Part shown: piece by piece, positions 1 to 16,859 of the stretch | Layout of the letters: each line of letters opens with the position of its first letter | How positions within the stretch are numbered: the stretch's first letter is position 1 | Assembly: GCF_009914755.1 (NCBI RefSeq) | Contig: NC_060930.1 | Source of the DNA: the human T2T-CHM13v2.0 reference genome, Homo sapiens | Length of the DNA: 64,000 nt | Direction: 5' to 3' (one strand) | Notes under the pieces: model-generated | What the model saw: the letters and a program-made list of their open reading frames with translations, nothing else | Told to the model about the DNA's origin: nothing | Databases searched by the model: none | Translations under genes and position numbers: made by a program

Positions 1-1849
1 GCTCCGGCTCTCAAGGGACAATTGGGTAGCGCCCAGCCTGCATAAGAATATTGGGTCCATGTTTGTGCCTGGGGAGGGGAGAATGCCACCTGGTATGGCC
101 ATGAAGAGTGGTGATGCCCCATAAACTTGAGTCCAAATGTTTCTCTCCCAGGTTGGTTTGACCCTGTCTTTCAGTGCAGTTCCTGGTTCAGTCCTCTGTG
201 GCATGTTTCTGCCTTCCCAGGCTGGGACAGAGAGTGCCTTGGTGCTTTCCCACATATTGGGAGAAACACTGTAGCCCACCTCAGCATCCACCTGATGTGA
301 ACAGTGTGTCAAGTCACCCTACTAAAAAGGCATCGGGTGGAGCCAGCAGTATGTGTAGGTGGGGGAGTCAAGCACTCTTAATTTTCCTCAACTTAGGAAC
401 CTCTCCCAATTATACTAGGATAGGAAATGAGTGTGTGTGGGGGGGTTTAATCTAGGGAAAGGAAAAACACCTGTCCTGAGCTAAAGGCGACTACATGATA
501 AGCTTTTGCTATAAAATAATAGAGTAGGATATAGTGTTTATAATACTTGAGTATTTGTTTATTGAGAAATTCCCTTTTTCTCCATGTGAACATCTTTATC
601 AGCCTCCAGGATCCTAGCTGGTTTTCGCAGATTTTTGTGGGCACCCATATGTGTACTTTTGCAAGCTTACTAAGTCTCTATCTGGATGCAGGGCATTTAC
701 AACCACTCCTGCTGCAAATGACAGTGCTGTATATGCTCTTTGTGGTCTCTGGTAGATATGAATGGCGAGAATAATCATGTCAGGCAGACTTAGGTTCCCC
801 CCCTCCGGTAATGAGGATCTGTCCTGTCCTCCACAGTCACTTTGTCATGCCCTCGGCTGGGATAGTTGTCAGGCAGCTTTTACTGTCTTAGTTTGACTGT
901 CTTTTGCTCTTGAATCATTGCACTAAGAGAACAATCTGCTACTGTTTTCTGTCTTCAGTGTGTTAAAAAAAAAATACTGGGCATATTTGTTTTTCTTCCA
1001 GCACATGTCTCGTTTGGAAAGGTCATGCATTTATATGGTAGACTTGCTATTACCCTGACTGCAGTAAAGCAGCCAATTGCCAATGTATTGCTATACATAC
1101 AGCTGCCTTCGGGGTGACTAGGCTATAAGGCAGTTACAGACAGGCTGAAGGGCACCTGTTGTGCCCACACACAAACCCAACCTTTAACACGACATTTATC
1201 CTGAGAAACAGTCTTGTCTTCACATCACATAGTGCCAGACCTGAGGCTACTTGTTGGGCAGGTTAATGCAGATCTTAGTCAGCTGACCTGCAGGCTGGAA
1301 GAGGGAGGTATAGGGTCTGTGATATGTTTAAAGCAGGCAGCTAGTAAGGAACCAGCCCAACCTTTTTGGCTCCTGCCCAAGGCCTATTTTTAAAGAGTGC
1401 TTGCAGTACAGGATCGATGGGGATGTTCAGTAGTTGAAATACCACAAACATATTACTGCTGGGAGAAGTTGCTGTTTATGGGAAAATAAAATTTTACCTC
1501 ATTGTTCTCTGCGTGATGCTTGTTGCCAAAATGAATTACTTAAGGGGAGTTATTTCATACATGGATGCATGAAAGTGATGTTCGATGCCTATGGAGAAGG
1601 TACTGCAAAGCTTTTAGCAGAGGACAGGAGCTGTAACTTCAGAAGGTAAAAAGGTTTCAGTCTGACCTAGGGAAACACCTGTTTTAAATGATTTAGAAAG
1701 TAAGAGAATACACAACTGACACACTTGTGAAAAAAGGTAATGTCAGGGCGTGAACTGAGTATGTTCTCAGTGTAGAAAATTCAAAAGCCTAGGAAACATA
1801 AGTATTGACACATCATGTCACTTGAACCATGCGGAAGGTTTTACGACAT

Positions 1850-1965
1850 CCCTACTTTATAGAGAGGAGACTGAGGCTTTGTGAGGATAACTTGCCCAGG
1901 ATTACCCAGTAACAACTGTTAAAATCTAAACTCTAACCTGTGACTGCTGGGTGCAAAAGTCATAT
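1850..1965 (-). mobile_element. MIR fragment
   Basis: ttatagagaggagactgaggct...taacttgcccaggattacc matches the antisense MIR core. Confidence 0.65.
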
Positions 1966-2287
1966 GACCTAAAGATGAATCTTAATATTTGGTTTATTTT
2001 CTTCTGAGAGTATACAATGAAATTAGGATATATAGTATGTAATATTTTGAAGCTTGCGATTTTCACTTAGTATATCAAACACGTTTTTCCAATGTCGTTA
2101 AGTGTTCTTTAAAAACATTTTAAGGCCATTAAAATTCCATCAAATTGATGCGCCATGGCAGGAAGGAAAGTCGTTTTACTGTCTCCTTTATTATAGGAAT
2201 GATTTTAACAATTGGTCAAAAATTAACATGAAATGCTAGATATCTTCTCCTCTTTGAAGCTTTGGTCTCAGTTTTTAAAATGTATAT

Positions 2288-2956
<669 letters not shown>

Positions 2957-3439
2957 TCAGAACCAGAGATGAAGCTTTGAGGTAGGGTCGTTGGCCTTGC
3001 CATGTATTTAAACTAGTCTGATGCTTAGCTTTTACTATATCTGAGGCTAAATTTAATGGTGTAATGCTGAAAGTTTTATCACTGTAGATAAAAAGTCAAT
3101 AAAAGAGTGAAGGGTACAGATTTTTCTATCTTCTGGAGCCCACGTTCCTGCCCATTTTATAGCTGAGTGTGCGATTCGAACAGGAACAGTTCTCAGTGCT
3201 GTGTTTCCTGGGAAAAGTGGGGATTATTGCAGTGGTGCCATGTGCTGGGTGGTTTGTGTGAAGAACATAGGAAAACTGGAAGATTAAACCTTTTCAATAC
3301 TTTGGCTAATCTGCAGGGATGCTGGTGCTTGTTTCCATGTTGTGGGGTTCTTTCTTTTTCCCCTTTAGTCTTTGTACCCTGTGGTGGAGAGAGAACATGT
3401 TGCTATTTAAAGGGTGTAGGCTTTTGTGTCCTATAATCC

Positions 3440-3620
3440 TTATATTTGAGTCTGGACTCATCCATTTACCAACTGTATTCATGGATCCATGACTCCAGGA
3501 GCTTCATGTCTTGGACTGTGAAATGGACAGGATAATAGCCACTGCCCCAATTCCTGTGAGGATTAAATGAGCTAACTCACTGAGAAAGTTCCTAGCTCAC
3601 TGAGAAAGTTCCTAGCTCAC
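3440..3620 (+). mobile_element. MIR with a perfect 20-bp tandem duplication at its 3' end
   Basis: ctgtgaaatggacaggataatagc...gtgaggattaaatgagctaa is MIR core. Confidence 0.65.
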
Positions 3621-3714
3621 ATCACTTCTCATCCTTTCCATGCCGCTTCCTCTTGAGCAAGTTTTTTCTAACTTTCACAGTAGAGTTAGGTTTCTAGTGG
3701 GAACTGATAATTCA

Positions 3715-3880
3715 TAGTAGTTAGGTGACGTGGGACAAGTTACTTACCATCTCTGAGCCTGTCTGCCCATTGATAACATGGAAATAATTACATATCACAT
3801 AGCGTGTTAATGATCAAATTAAATGAGATAATGTATACCAAGTCAGAATGCCTGGCACAGAGTGGGCAGTCAGTGACTGA
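3715..3880 (+). mobile_element. MIR
   Basis: ggacaagttacttaccatctctgagcct...aaatgagataatgta...tgcctggcacagag. Confidence 0.75.
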
Positions 3881-3999
3881 AGGGTACTGGCACGAAATGG
3901 ACATATCTTAGAAGGACAGCCTTCCTTCTGGCATCTTCCTGAGCATCACAGCCTCTTCTGGCTACTACTTCTTTGTCAGCATCATTAATTCTCTCTACT

Positions 4000-4330
4000 C
4001 GCTGGCTGTGGGGGTTTCTCAGAGCCCTATCCTTCTGTTCTGCACCTTGTACATTTCCTTGGAAGTTTCATCCACTTCCAAGTTTTCAGCTACTAGTTAT
4101 AGATTGATAACTTCTAAATTTTTCCTTAGCTCCAGGTTAGTACGTCCAATTTGTTATGTATTAGCACTTAGATGCCCAAAGGCACTTTGAACTCAAAATA
4201 TACAAAAATATAGCTGCTATCTTTCCCACTTACTTCCTCAAAACTGTTCTTTCAGGTAGTCTTCTCTACTTCGTTTGCATGCTGTCTGTAGGTTCTTTTT
4301 CCTTTTTTCCATTCCTGAATGCAGACACCT
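4000..4330 (+). mobile_element. L2 fragment
   Basis: ttcatccacttcc...tgataacttctaaattt...agatgcccaaaggcactttgaactcaaaat resembles L2 ORF2. Confidence 0.5.
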
Positions 4331-4696
4331 AAATGCACTTTCAGCGCTGGGTCCTTCTATTAGAGTGGAGCCCTTCCTCCAGGCTCTCATGCCTCTGGTT
4401 AATAATGACGACAACAATGAAGTTATCATAAGGCAACTGTGATAATCAGAAAGAGCACCATAATCACAAGCATTTGTTGAGCGTGTACAATGTGCTAGAT
4501 ACTGTCGGTGCTACGCTGAGTCCTAGGTGAGGCAGGACCCTGCCTTGGACCCGTGTTGTAGAGGCTTTATTTTCAGTCTCCTCAGGGCAATGGAAATGTT
4601 CCCACCCAAAGCCTGCCCTTTTCTCTCTGGGTACTGAAGACTTCAGAATTCCCTGCTCTGTCTGTGTTGAGCCTCTTTACAGAAATCAGCTGTCGG

Positions 4697-5030
<334 letters not shown>

Positions 5031-5419
5031 CTATCTTTCAGAAGGCAAATGGTGCCACAAGTGTGTGCATCCCTAGGCCTAAGGGCTGGCCATGAAGCAG
5101 TTAACTGCAGTGATTGTGGGTTGGGATTGGTCTGCAGGCTGAGGTGTCCATGTTGCTGAGACCCCTTGCAGGACAAGACAGAGCTGGGGCCCTCCAGAGC
5201 ACTGTAAATGTTAGGCTGGCCCTGGGCAGTCAGGACTTTGACTAACATAGCTTCTTATCAGATCATTCTAACACTGCTTGAGATAGGTAATATTAGTTCC
5301 ATATTTTTAGATGAAGAAAGTAAGGGTTGAAGAGGTGAAATGCTTAGCACACAGGTTGCCATTGTCAGGGCCTGAATTTGACCAAGAGTAGTTTGACTCC
5401 AAACATTTTTTTTTTATGA

Positions 5420-6040
5420 TAGTCTGTTTTCTATCCATTTGCTACATTGTAGCCAGAGTTCCATTTGGTAGAAAATGTCTAAGATTACATTATTCCTTTG
5501 ATTAAAAATCTTTCATTAGCTCCTCATTTTCAACTGGCTAAAGGTTAGTTTCTCTGAATGGTATGCAAGACCCTTCAAAAGCTGGCTCAAAGCTCCTTTG
5601 TGAAATCATTTCACACCAGTCTTCCCACTGTGACTTCCCTATCAGGTCACAATGGGACTTTGGCTGCTCCACGAACCCCCTCTGTACCTTTGCATTTACA
5701 ATCTCATTTGGGAATGTCCTTTTCTTCTTCACTGAGCTGACCAAGTTCCATTGTCTCCTGCAGTTCAAGGCCTAATGAGTATCACCTTTTTATGAAGACA
5801 CTTGCATTTTTCTAGACAAAATCTCTCCCACTCTCATTATACTTCTATAGTTGGTTGTGTATACCTTCATACAAGTGTCATTACCTTGTACCTATGTTTC
5901 CATATTATCACATGTCTGTTACTTCCTCTAGACTATGGGTTCCATGTAGGCAGGAACCGTGTGTCTCATTCATCGTTATGTGTCTAACATTTCACACAGC
6001 GCCTGGACATGTAGTAGGCTAAATAAATATTTATTAAAGA
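5420..6040 (+). mobile_element. L2 3' region
   Basis: ctagactatgggttccatgtaggcaggaaccgtgtgtc...gcctggacatgtagtaggctaaataaatattta is the L2 3' end. Confidence 0.65.
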
Positions 6041-6485
6041 AATGCTCTATTTATTACTAAAACTCTTATGTACTTCTCACAAATGGATTATTAGTCATTT
6101 AGGAATGCCAATTTTAGTTCTGACTGTTGTGTTAACTGGTAATGGATTGGTTTCATAAGGCATTTTGACACCATACCTGGAAATTTTTATTTCCTAGAAA
6201 ACTGTTACTTTAGTTGACCATTTTGCAGTCATGGTACTTAATTTATAAGAAATTATAATACATCTATTTATACATTATTTGTGAGCTTTAATAGGCCAGT
6301 GAGTCTTGAAGAGAATATGAAGTCAGTCTTTTTTTCTCAAAATTATTAGTTTTTTTTTGCTTTTAAGTTACCTGTCTTTTGTAGCATAGACGTTTCTGAA
6401 AGATATTTATGCCATAGAGTTGTCATTTTTTTAAGAGGTAGCTCTACAGTTGCATAAGGTTATCAGCATATAAAAAAGACGATGG

Positions 6486-6779
6486 AGCCGGACGCGGTGG
6501 CTCACGCCTGTAATCCCAGTATTTTGGGAAGTGGGTGGATCACCTGAGGTCAGGAGTTCGAGACCAGCCTGAACAACATGATGAAACCCCGTCTCTACTA
6601 AAAATACAGAAATTAGCCAGGCGTGGTGGCGGGCGCCTGTAATCCCAGCTACTCAGGAGGCTGAGGCAGGAGAATCACTTGAACCCAGGAGGCAGAGGTT
6701 GCGGTGAGCCAAGATCATGCTACTGCACTCCAGCCTGGGTGACAGAGCAAGACTCCGTCTCCAAAAAAAAAAAAAAAAA
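6486..6779 (+). mobile_element. AluS (Sx-like)
   Basis: Full dimer with a small left-arm deletion and a poly(A) tail. Confidence 0.95.
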
Positions 6780-7454
6780 GATAGTGATGGTATTTTCCCA
6801 CTACTTTTCTCTTGTTCCATAAAATTAAAGTGTTTGTGTTAGGAACCTGCTGCTGCTGCTGTTTGCATTTGCCACTCCTTGGCGGAAGGGCGCTGCTCCT
6901 GCTGGAGATTCCGGGCAGGGTGCTAACTCCAGATTGCCAGCTGGAGCATTTTCATCATGAAAAAAATCATTAAGTAACAAAATGCATGTGTTCTGTGATC
7001 CAGGGCAGGGCAGAGCAATTTCCATAGGCATGTTTCATACTGTCAGTATATCCACACTCTAAGGCTGAAAGCTTGATTGTAGGAAAACATGTCACAGAAA
7101 GGAAAGAAGCAAGGTTAAGTAGACTGATTTTAAATGACGTATTTGGCTAAGGTAACTGTATTTTAGGATCACAAGCCTCACTTCAGTCAAGAAGGCTTTA
7201 GGGAGAGGAAACAATTCAGGAAATGTTTGAAAGATGGTAAGGACATTTCTCTAGGGAGAAGAAAAAGAGAAGCTATTCCAGGAATATTGCTCAGTTATTG
7301 ATAAATTGGAAAGGGTGGTGACTGGATAGAGGAGATGAAGTTAGCATGGAGGAATTCAGGAAGGATGACATTGAGGCCATTAAGGGAAACAGGCATTCAG
7401 TGTTCAGGCCATAAAGCTTTGAAGGAAAGGTAGAGCATGTGCATGTACTTGTAG

Positions 7455-7790
<336 letters not shown>

Positions 7791-8703
7791 AACCTTTTTC
7801 CTAATTCTGAAGGTAACATGTTTTATTCTTGAAGATATTTAAAATGTAGAAACATGTAAATAATAAAACCAAAATCATCCACATTCCCAAAAGGCAAAGT
7901 GTTGGGGGAAAGTTCTTTCCAATCTCTCCCCCTCTCCTCTGCCTATGCTGTATGTGTGTGCAAGGTTTTATTCAAGAGGACAACCATGTACGGTATATAA
8001 TCTGCATGATAGTCTCATATTTTTGTATAACATTTTCAAAGTATTTTCCTGTGTCAAAAAAACTTTAGAATACTTTTAGTGATTATGTATTATTCTGTTC
8101 TATAGATGTACTGTGATTTGTTTAACCTCAGTTACATTATACATAAAGATACAGTAAACATCTTTACATAGAAAACTTTGCTATTATCTGTGACTATTTT
8201 CTTAGAAAAGGCTCCTAGAAGAGGAAACCCTAGTTCAAGGCATACCAATATTTTAATTTCTTTATATATATTGACAAAGAGCTTCTTACGAAAACCTTAA
8301 AGAGCAGACGCTTTCCACGGTGCCATGAGAAGTGGCTGTGTGAGGAATTAAGTGTGTCTGTGGGGCTGAGGAGCAGCTTACAGCATTTCACGGCAGGAAG
8401 TTGTAAAATTGACATGTGGGAGATAATGTGAGGAAATGTTAAAATGGATTGACAATGGACAGAAAGAAAGGAGTGTCTTGGTAAAAAAAAAAAAAAGAAA
8501 AGAAAAAAAAGATCTTCACTGGCTTGCTGTATGTAAAATGTTTAACCTCATTCTTGGAATGTAGTTTGAGATTGACAAATGGTAACCATAAAGGTCTCAT
8601 GTGCTAAGGCATGAGCTCAGGGGTCTGGTGCCTGCCCTGCCTCTTGTCCAGGAGTGATTTTTTTCTCTTTCCCTCTGTCCCTCATCAGTAAATGCCAATA
8701 ATA

Positions 8704-10181
<1,478 letters not shown>

Positions 10182-11442
10182 TATTTGTCCATCCTTATTG
10201 AGTGGTTGTGAGAGTTGTTGGGATCAAGTGCCTGAGCTCTCAGCACGGTGACTGGCATGCTGGAGGTTTTAATGATGGCACTTCCGTGACTCAACTGCCA
10301 CTCTCCTTACATCAGTCAAGCTTAAGAAGTATTTTCTTCAGATTATGCAAGTATACTCTAGAGTTATTGTATTAAAATCGGTACAAATGGAAAGTATAAA
10401 AAAAGAAAAAATTCTCCCATGCCACTATCTGGAAATACCCACTGCCAACATTGAGCTGAGCTCTTTCTTAACTAATGCCCTAATTGATTTGCATTGGTGT
10501 ATATTTATGTTTGTTTTTCTGCTTGTTTGGATTTTTCTTATATACATGTGTGCTTTTTATGAGAAAATCATGGACAATAAAAGTTGATGTCTTGAGGTAA
10601 AGTATAGGCATAACCATTTTATATTATTTAGAATTATTTCTACTAGATTGAATCATGAAATTGCCAATATTCAACCTCTTCTGACCTACACAAATGCCAA
10701 TTTCATATGCTCAACTTAATAATTGCAATAGGCTTGCTAAAAAACCTTGAAAGCCTGCAGGAGAAAAGGGATTTTGTGTTCACAGCTATATCCCTAGGGC
10801 CTGAAACAGTGCCTGATGGGTGAATCCAATCTTTGTTTTGAAATAGAAAAGCATTGATACTGATAAAAATAATTTCATTAAAATAGAAATGAAATGGAAA
10901 CATTTTAACTGCACTGTAGAGAAAATCAATTAAGGAACCAATTTAGTTCCAGTTGGCTCAATGGAATTGGCCCTGGCAAAAGCTTAATCAATGAAAATTC
11001 ATCAATGTTGGTGTAAACTGTTTAAATGTAAAGGACCCATATTCATTAACATGAATAATAACAACTTGAGTGTCACCACAGTGAGGGTAGAAACCTTTCA
11101 TATGCAAATTAGGAAACGGCATGACTACCAGGAAAGGTGCTGGCTGTGGCTTGAACTCAGCAGCTAGTTCCAAAGCCAGATTTTTTCCACATATCCAAAC
11201 TGCCTACACCTTCTCATAACTACACACCAACTGTCAACATAATGCATTGCTTCATGAATTATCACTCGAAATAAGAGAGTTCACATTATTTGTTTGATGC
11301 CTGTCCCCATTCTTAACATAGTGGACCTTTGAATTACCACTTTAAAGCAGTGTGCCCTACGCATAGTTGGTGGGAGCTGACTCTCCGTGTAGACGTTATG
11401 GCGTAGGCTTGAGGACATAGATTTTCAAAACAAATTGGCCTA

Positions 11443-11583
<141 letters not shown>

Positions 11584-11963
11584 GAGATGGTCTAAGTCTG
11601 CATCACACTCTGTCATTTGCAAACGTATGACCTTGTACAAGTAACCTAATCTCTCTTAGTTTCAGTTTGGTTGAAAATTAAATGTCTACCTTCAAAAGTT
11701 ATAATTAAATAGTAAATAGGGACATGTGTAGCATGTTACTTTGTAAGCCACATCTAAGCCATTTCAACCAGACCTATGATTATGATGTGAAGAAATTCAG
11801 ACAGTTATTTGATAAATGGCTTAGATCACAGAATCCTAGAATTTTAGAGTATAAGCAGACCTCAGAAATGTAAGATATCTTTGTGCCTCTTCTCACCCAG
11901 AGCATCAAAGAGGAATCAGCCTAACATTCAGGAATGTATTTGGGGTTACTTAAAGTTCGCATT

Positions 11964-14320
11964 TTCCCAATATTGATTCTACCCATCCATGAGCATGGGA
12001 TGTGTTTCCATTTGTTTGTGTCGTCTATGATTTCTTTCAGTAGTGTTTTGTAGTTTCCCTTGTAGAGATCTTTCAACTCCTTTGTTAGGTATATTCCTAA
12101 ATATTTTATTTTTTTGCAGCTATTTTAAAAAGGATTGAGTTCTTGATTTGATTCTCCACTTGGTCACTGTTGGTTTATAGAAGAGCTACTGATTTGTGTA
12201 CATTAATCTTTTATCCAGAAACTTTGCTGAATTCTTTTATCAGTTCTAGGAGCTTTCTGGAGGAGTCCTTAGGGTTTTCGAGGTAAACGATCATACCATC
12301 AGCAAACAGGGACAGTTTGACTTCCTCTTTACTGATTTGGACGCCCTTTATTTCTTCCTCTTGTCTGATAGCTCTGGCTAGGATTTCCAGTACTATGTTG
12401 AAGAGGAGTGGTGAGAGTGGGCATCCTTATCTTGTTCCAGCTCTCAGAGGGAATGCTTTCAACTTTTAGCCATTCAGCATTATGTTGGCTGTGAGTTTGT
12501 CATAGATGGCTTTTATTACATTAAGGTATGTCCCCTGTATGCCAATTTTGCTGAGGGTTTTAATCATAAAGGGATGCTGGATTTTGTCAAATGCTTTTTC
12601 TGCATCTATTGAGATGATCATGTGATTTTTGTTTTTAATTCTGTTTATATGGTATATCACATTTATTGATTTGCATGTGTTAAATCATCCCTGTATCCCT
12701 GGTATGAAACCCACTTGATCATGACCATGCTGCCAAAAACAATCTATAAATTCAACACAATCCCCATAAAAACACCACCATCATTCTTCACAGAGTTACA
12801 AGAAACAATTCTAAAATTCATATGGAACCAAAAAAGAGCCCGCATAGCCAAAGCAACACTAAGCAAAAAGAACAAATCTGGAGGCATCACACTACCTGAT
12901 TTCAAACTATACTATAAGGCCATAGTCACTAAAACAGTGTGGTACTGGTATAAAAATAGGCACATAGACCAATGGAACAGAATAGAGAACCCAGAAATAA
13001 ACCCAAGTACTTGCAGCCAACTGATCTTCAACAAAGCAAACAAAAACATAAAGTGGGGAAAGGACACCCTTTTCAACAAATGGTGCTGGGATAATTGGCT
13101 AGCCACATGTAGGAGAATGAAACTGGATCCTCATCTCTCACCTTATACAAAAATCAACTCAAGATAGATTAAGGACTTAAACCTAAGACCTGAAACTATA
13201 AAAATTCTAGAAGATAACATTGGAAAAACCCTTCTAGACATAGGCTTAGGCAAGGATTTCATGACCAAAAACCCAAAAGCAAATGCAATAAAAACAAAGA
13301 AAAATAGCTGGGACCTAATTAAACTAAAGAGCTTTTGCATGGCAAAAGGAATAGTCAGCAGAGTAAACAGACAACCCACAGAGTGGGAGAAAATCTTCAC
13401 AATCTATACATCTGACAAAGGACTAATATCCAGAATCTACAATGAACTCAAACAAATCAGTAAGAAAAAAACAATCCCATGAAAAAGTGGGCTAAGGACA
13501 TGAATAGACAGTTCTCAAAAGAAGACATACAAATGGCCGACAAACATACAAAAAAATGCTCACCATCACTAATCAAGGAAATGCAAATCAAAACCACATT
13601 GCAATACCACTTTACTCCTGCAAGAATGGCCATAATCAAAAAATTTTAAAAAGTAGATGTTTTTTGTGGATGTGGTTATCAGGGAACACTTCTACACTGC
13701 TGGTGGGAATGTAAACTCGTACAGCCACTATGGAAAACAGTGTGGATATTCCTTGAGGAACTAAAAGTAGATCTATCATTTGATCCAGCAATCCCACTAC
13801 TGGATATCTACTCAGAGGAAAAGAAGTCATTATTCAGAAAAGATACTTGCACACACATGTTTATAGCACCACAATTCACAATTGCAAAATCGTGGAACCA
13901 ACTCAAATGCCCATCAGTCAATGAGTGGATAAAGAAACTGTGGTATATACATACAATGGAATACTACTCAGACATAAAAAGGAATGAATTAACAGCATTT
14001 GCAATGACCTGGATAAGATTGGAGACTATTATTCTAAGTGAAGTAACTCAGGAATGGAAAACCACACATCGTATGTTCCCACTGATATGTGGGAGCTAAG
14101 CTATGAAGACGCAAAGGCATAAGAATGATACAATGGGCTTTTTGGGGACTTGAGGGGAAGAGTGGAAGGGGGTCGAGGGATAAAAGACAACAAATATGGT
14201 GCAGTGTATACTGCTGGGGTGATGGGTGCACCAGGATCTCACAAATCACCGCTAAAGAACTTGCTCTTGTAACCCAATACCACCTGTACCCCAATAACTT
14301 ACGAACAAATTTTTTTTTAA
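11964..14320 (+). mobile_element. L1PB1-like 3' fragment with a 5' inversion (11964-~12720 inverted, ~12721-14320 sense)
   Basis: ORF2 remnants on both strands (ORFs 12466..12660 - and 12715..13167 +); L1PB-type 3'UTR; TSD AAAGTTC(G/A)CATT at 11952-11963 and 14321-14332. Confidence 0.92.
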
Positions 14321-15361
14321 AAAGTTCACATTGGTGCTTGTATTGAAAGATAATTATTGGTAAATCCTAACTCTTCCTTTGTTCCCTATTTTAATTTCCC
14401 TTTGTCCATTGTTACCTGTTAGCCTAATAAAGCTGGTCTGTTAACCATGACTATGCAGTTAAGGAAATAGGTTCAGTCTCCTTGACATGACCAGATGCAG
14501 CATCACAGTGCGGATGATGCCTTCCTCATGCATATGCAGCACTGCTAATTATTCTTCTTTAAGAAATAATGGCATGTCAGGACATGAAACCTGGGGGCCA
14601 CTGCCTTTATTTAGTTAGGCAAGAATAAATTTGCACGTGCCTGTGCATAAAAAATAATCGCCTAATGTAATCGAATGTTGGTTTTTGCTATGCCCTTTTC
14701 CCAATGAGGCAGCATCTAGAAAGATCAAAAGATGATTTATTCCAGTACAGTGTGTGCAAAGGGGATTGAGTGTGTGCCATGTTGCATTTTCATTATAAAT
14801 TTCGTCCTGAGACCCAATTAACAGGCCTGTTTTCTCTTTCATTAAAATCACTTTTAGAAAAAAAATGAAGGTAGGAGGGTTTTTATGATATCACAGAGCA
14901 AGCAGCAAAATTAGTTATGCCCCATGAATTTCCTTCTTTTGCATATGGGTTCATTTCCAATTGAAGTCAGGGTCTGAGGCTTGTGATACTACTCTAGGGG
15001 CTGCTGGGTCTGAGGGGATGAGAGGCCTTGGATACAGATTATTATGGCCCTGCTGCCAACCATGTTACTACTACAGTAAACTGTTTTCATTCACGTTGAT
15101 TTTTGTTAGCTGTTTAAGAGCATTAGACTGGTGGGTACACTTTTGTTCTTACTAGTATTTACTAGCAAAAAAAAAAAAAACCCTGTTTTTAAGCATTTCA
15201 TTTTAAGTAAATATCTGTTTTGTTGTTGCAGATACGGTCAGAAGCAACTACTTTGCAATAAATAGCACTATTGACGTAGACATTTTCTTAAAATATTGGT
15301 CCTCAATTTCAACAATAGAATTTTATTTACTATAAAATTATAGTAGCCTACACATACATCT

Positions 15362-15406
15362 ACACACACACACACATGCACACACACCCACACACACACA
15401 CACACA
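15362..15406. repeat. Interrupted (CA)n microsatellite
   Basis: Read directly from the sequence. Confidence 0.95.
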
Positions 15407-15530
15407 TAGCTACCCAGGGCTCAGTGTAGCATCTCTTCAAAGGCAGTCCTAGCAGAACCCCAGCCAGGTTACACTGCCCTCTTCTCTGATACAGACCTTG
15501 AATGTTGAGCAGAGCTCTTTACCCTAAGGA

Positions 15531-15690
15531 TAGGGACTCCTAACTTGGGATCCATGTAGAGTCGAGGTTTGGGGACCTGTGGATTCCCTGAAATGATAGG
15601 CACCCTCCTCTAGGAAGAGGGTCCTTTGCCAGATTGTGTGTATGTGTGTGTGTGTGTGTGTTTAAGAACTAAAATGGGTTAAGAAGCACA
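15531..15690 (+). mobile_element. hAT-Charlie MITE (Charlie4z-like) containing a (TG)n tract at 15635-15660
   Basis: cctaacttgggatccatg...gaagagggtcc...aaaatgggttaagaagcac resembles Charlie4z ends. Confidence 0.5.
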
Positions 15691-15744
15691 TCTATTCTAG
15701 TTTTGCTCTGATCTTATGAGACCAAAGGAGGTTGGAAGGAACTT

Positions 15745-15900
15745 GGTCTTGGGAGTCAGATGAATTTGGGTTTGAGTTGTCTCCAACACATTTTAACTGT
15801 GTGGCCTTGGGCAGGCTACAAAACCTTTCTGAACCTCAATTTTCTCAAATTTAGAATAAGGGCAAGAAGGTTGTAGTGAAAGTTAAGATGAGATAAATAA
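15745..15900 (+). mobile_element. MIR
   Basis: ggagtcagatgaatttgggtttga...ctgtgtggccttgggcagg...ctgaacctcaattttctca. Confidence 0.75.
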
Positions 15901-15984
15901 TAAGTGCTAATCTTCATTTTTCTTTCTTTGTCCCATGAATACTAATGAAAGCAGGTGCCTGTTGTGACCTGTTCTTGCTGGCTC

Positions 15985-16065
15985 TTCCCTAGCTCTCAGC
16001 ATGCTGCCTGGCACACAGGAGGCACTCAAATATTGAATGGATGATCGGATGGATGGTTGAATGAT
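15985..16065 (+). mobile_element. L2 3' tail
   Basis: gcctggcacacaggaggcactcaaatattgaatggatga. Confidence 0.65.
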
Positions 16066-16130
16066 GGAGTGCCTTGGTTTAATATCCAGATGAAATCTTT
16101 GTCTATAGTGATATTTCCCCAAATCATTTA

Positions 16131-16424
16131 TCTTCTTTTTTTTTAAGACCAAGTCTCACTCTGTTGCCAGGCTGGAGTGCAGTGGCACGATCTTGGCTCA
16201 CTGCAACGCCTGCCTCCCAGGTTCAATGATTCTCCTGCCTCAGCCTCTTGAGTAGCTGGGACTACAGGCCCACGCCACCATGCCCAGCTGATTTTTTTGC
16301 ATTTTTAGTAGAGACGGGGTTTCACCATGTTGGCTAGGATGGTCTCTATTGCTTGACTTCGTGATCCGCCCTCCTTGGACTCCCAAAATGCTGGGATTAC
16401 AGGTGTGAGCCACCATACCCGGCC
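16131..16424 (-). mobile_element. AluSc-like
   Basis: ctgttgccaggctgg and ggatggtctc...gacttcgtgatcc. Confidence 0.93.
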
Positions 16425-16540
16425 AATGCATTTATTTTCTAAGGGAGATCTTGATGCCATGCTTGCCTCTGCTATGACCTTCCCAGGACAGTTAGCCCCT
16501 GTTCTGTGCAAAATCTTTCTGGGTACATAAAAAGATTCGA

Positions 16541-16859
<319 letters not shown>

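Noticed and set aside
12466-14099. ORFs resembling reverse transcriptase/ORF2
   Set aside because: They are broken pieces of a truncated, inverted L1PB with stops and frameshifts, so the element cannot be active.
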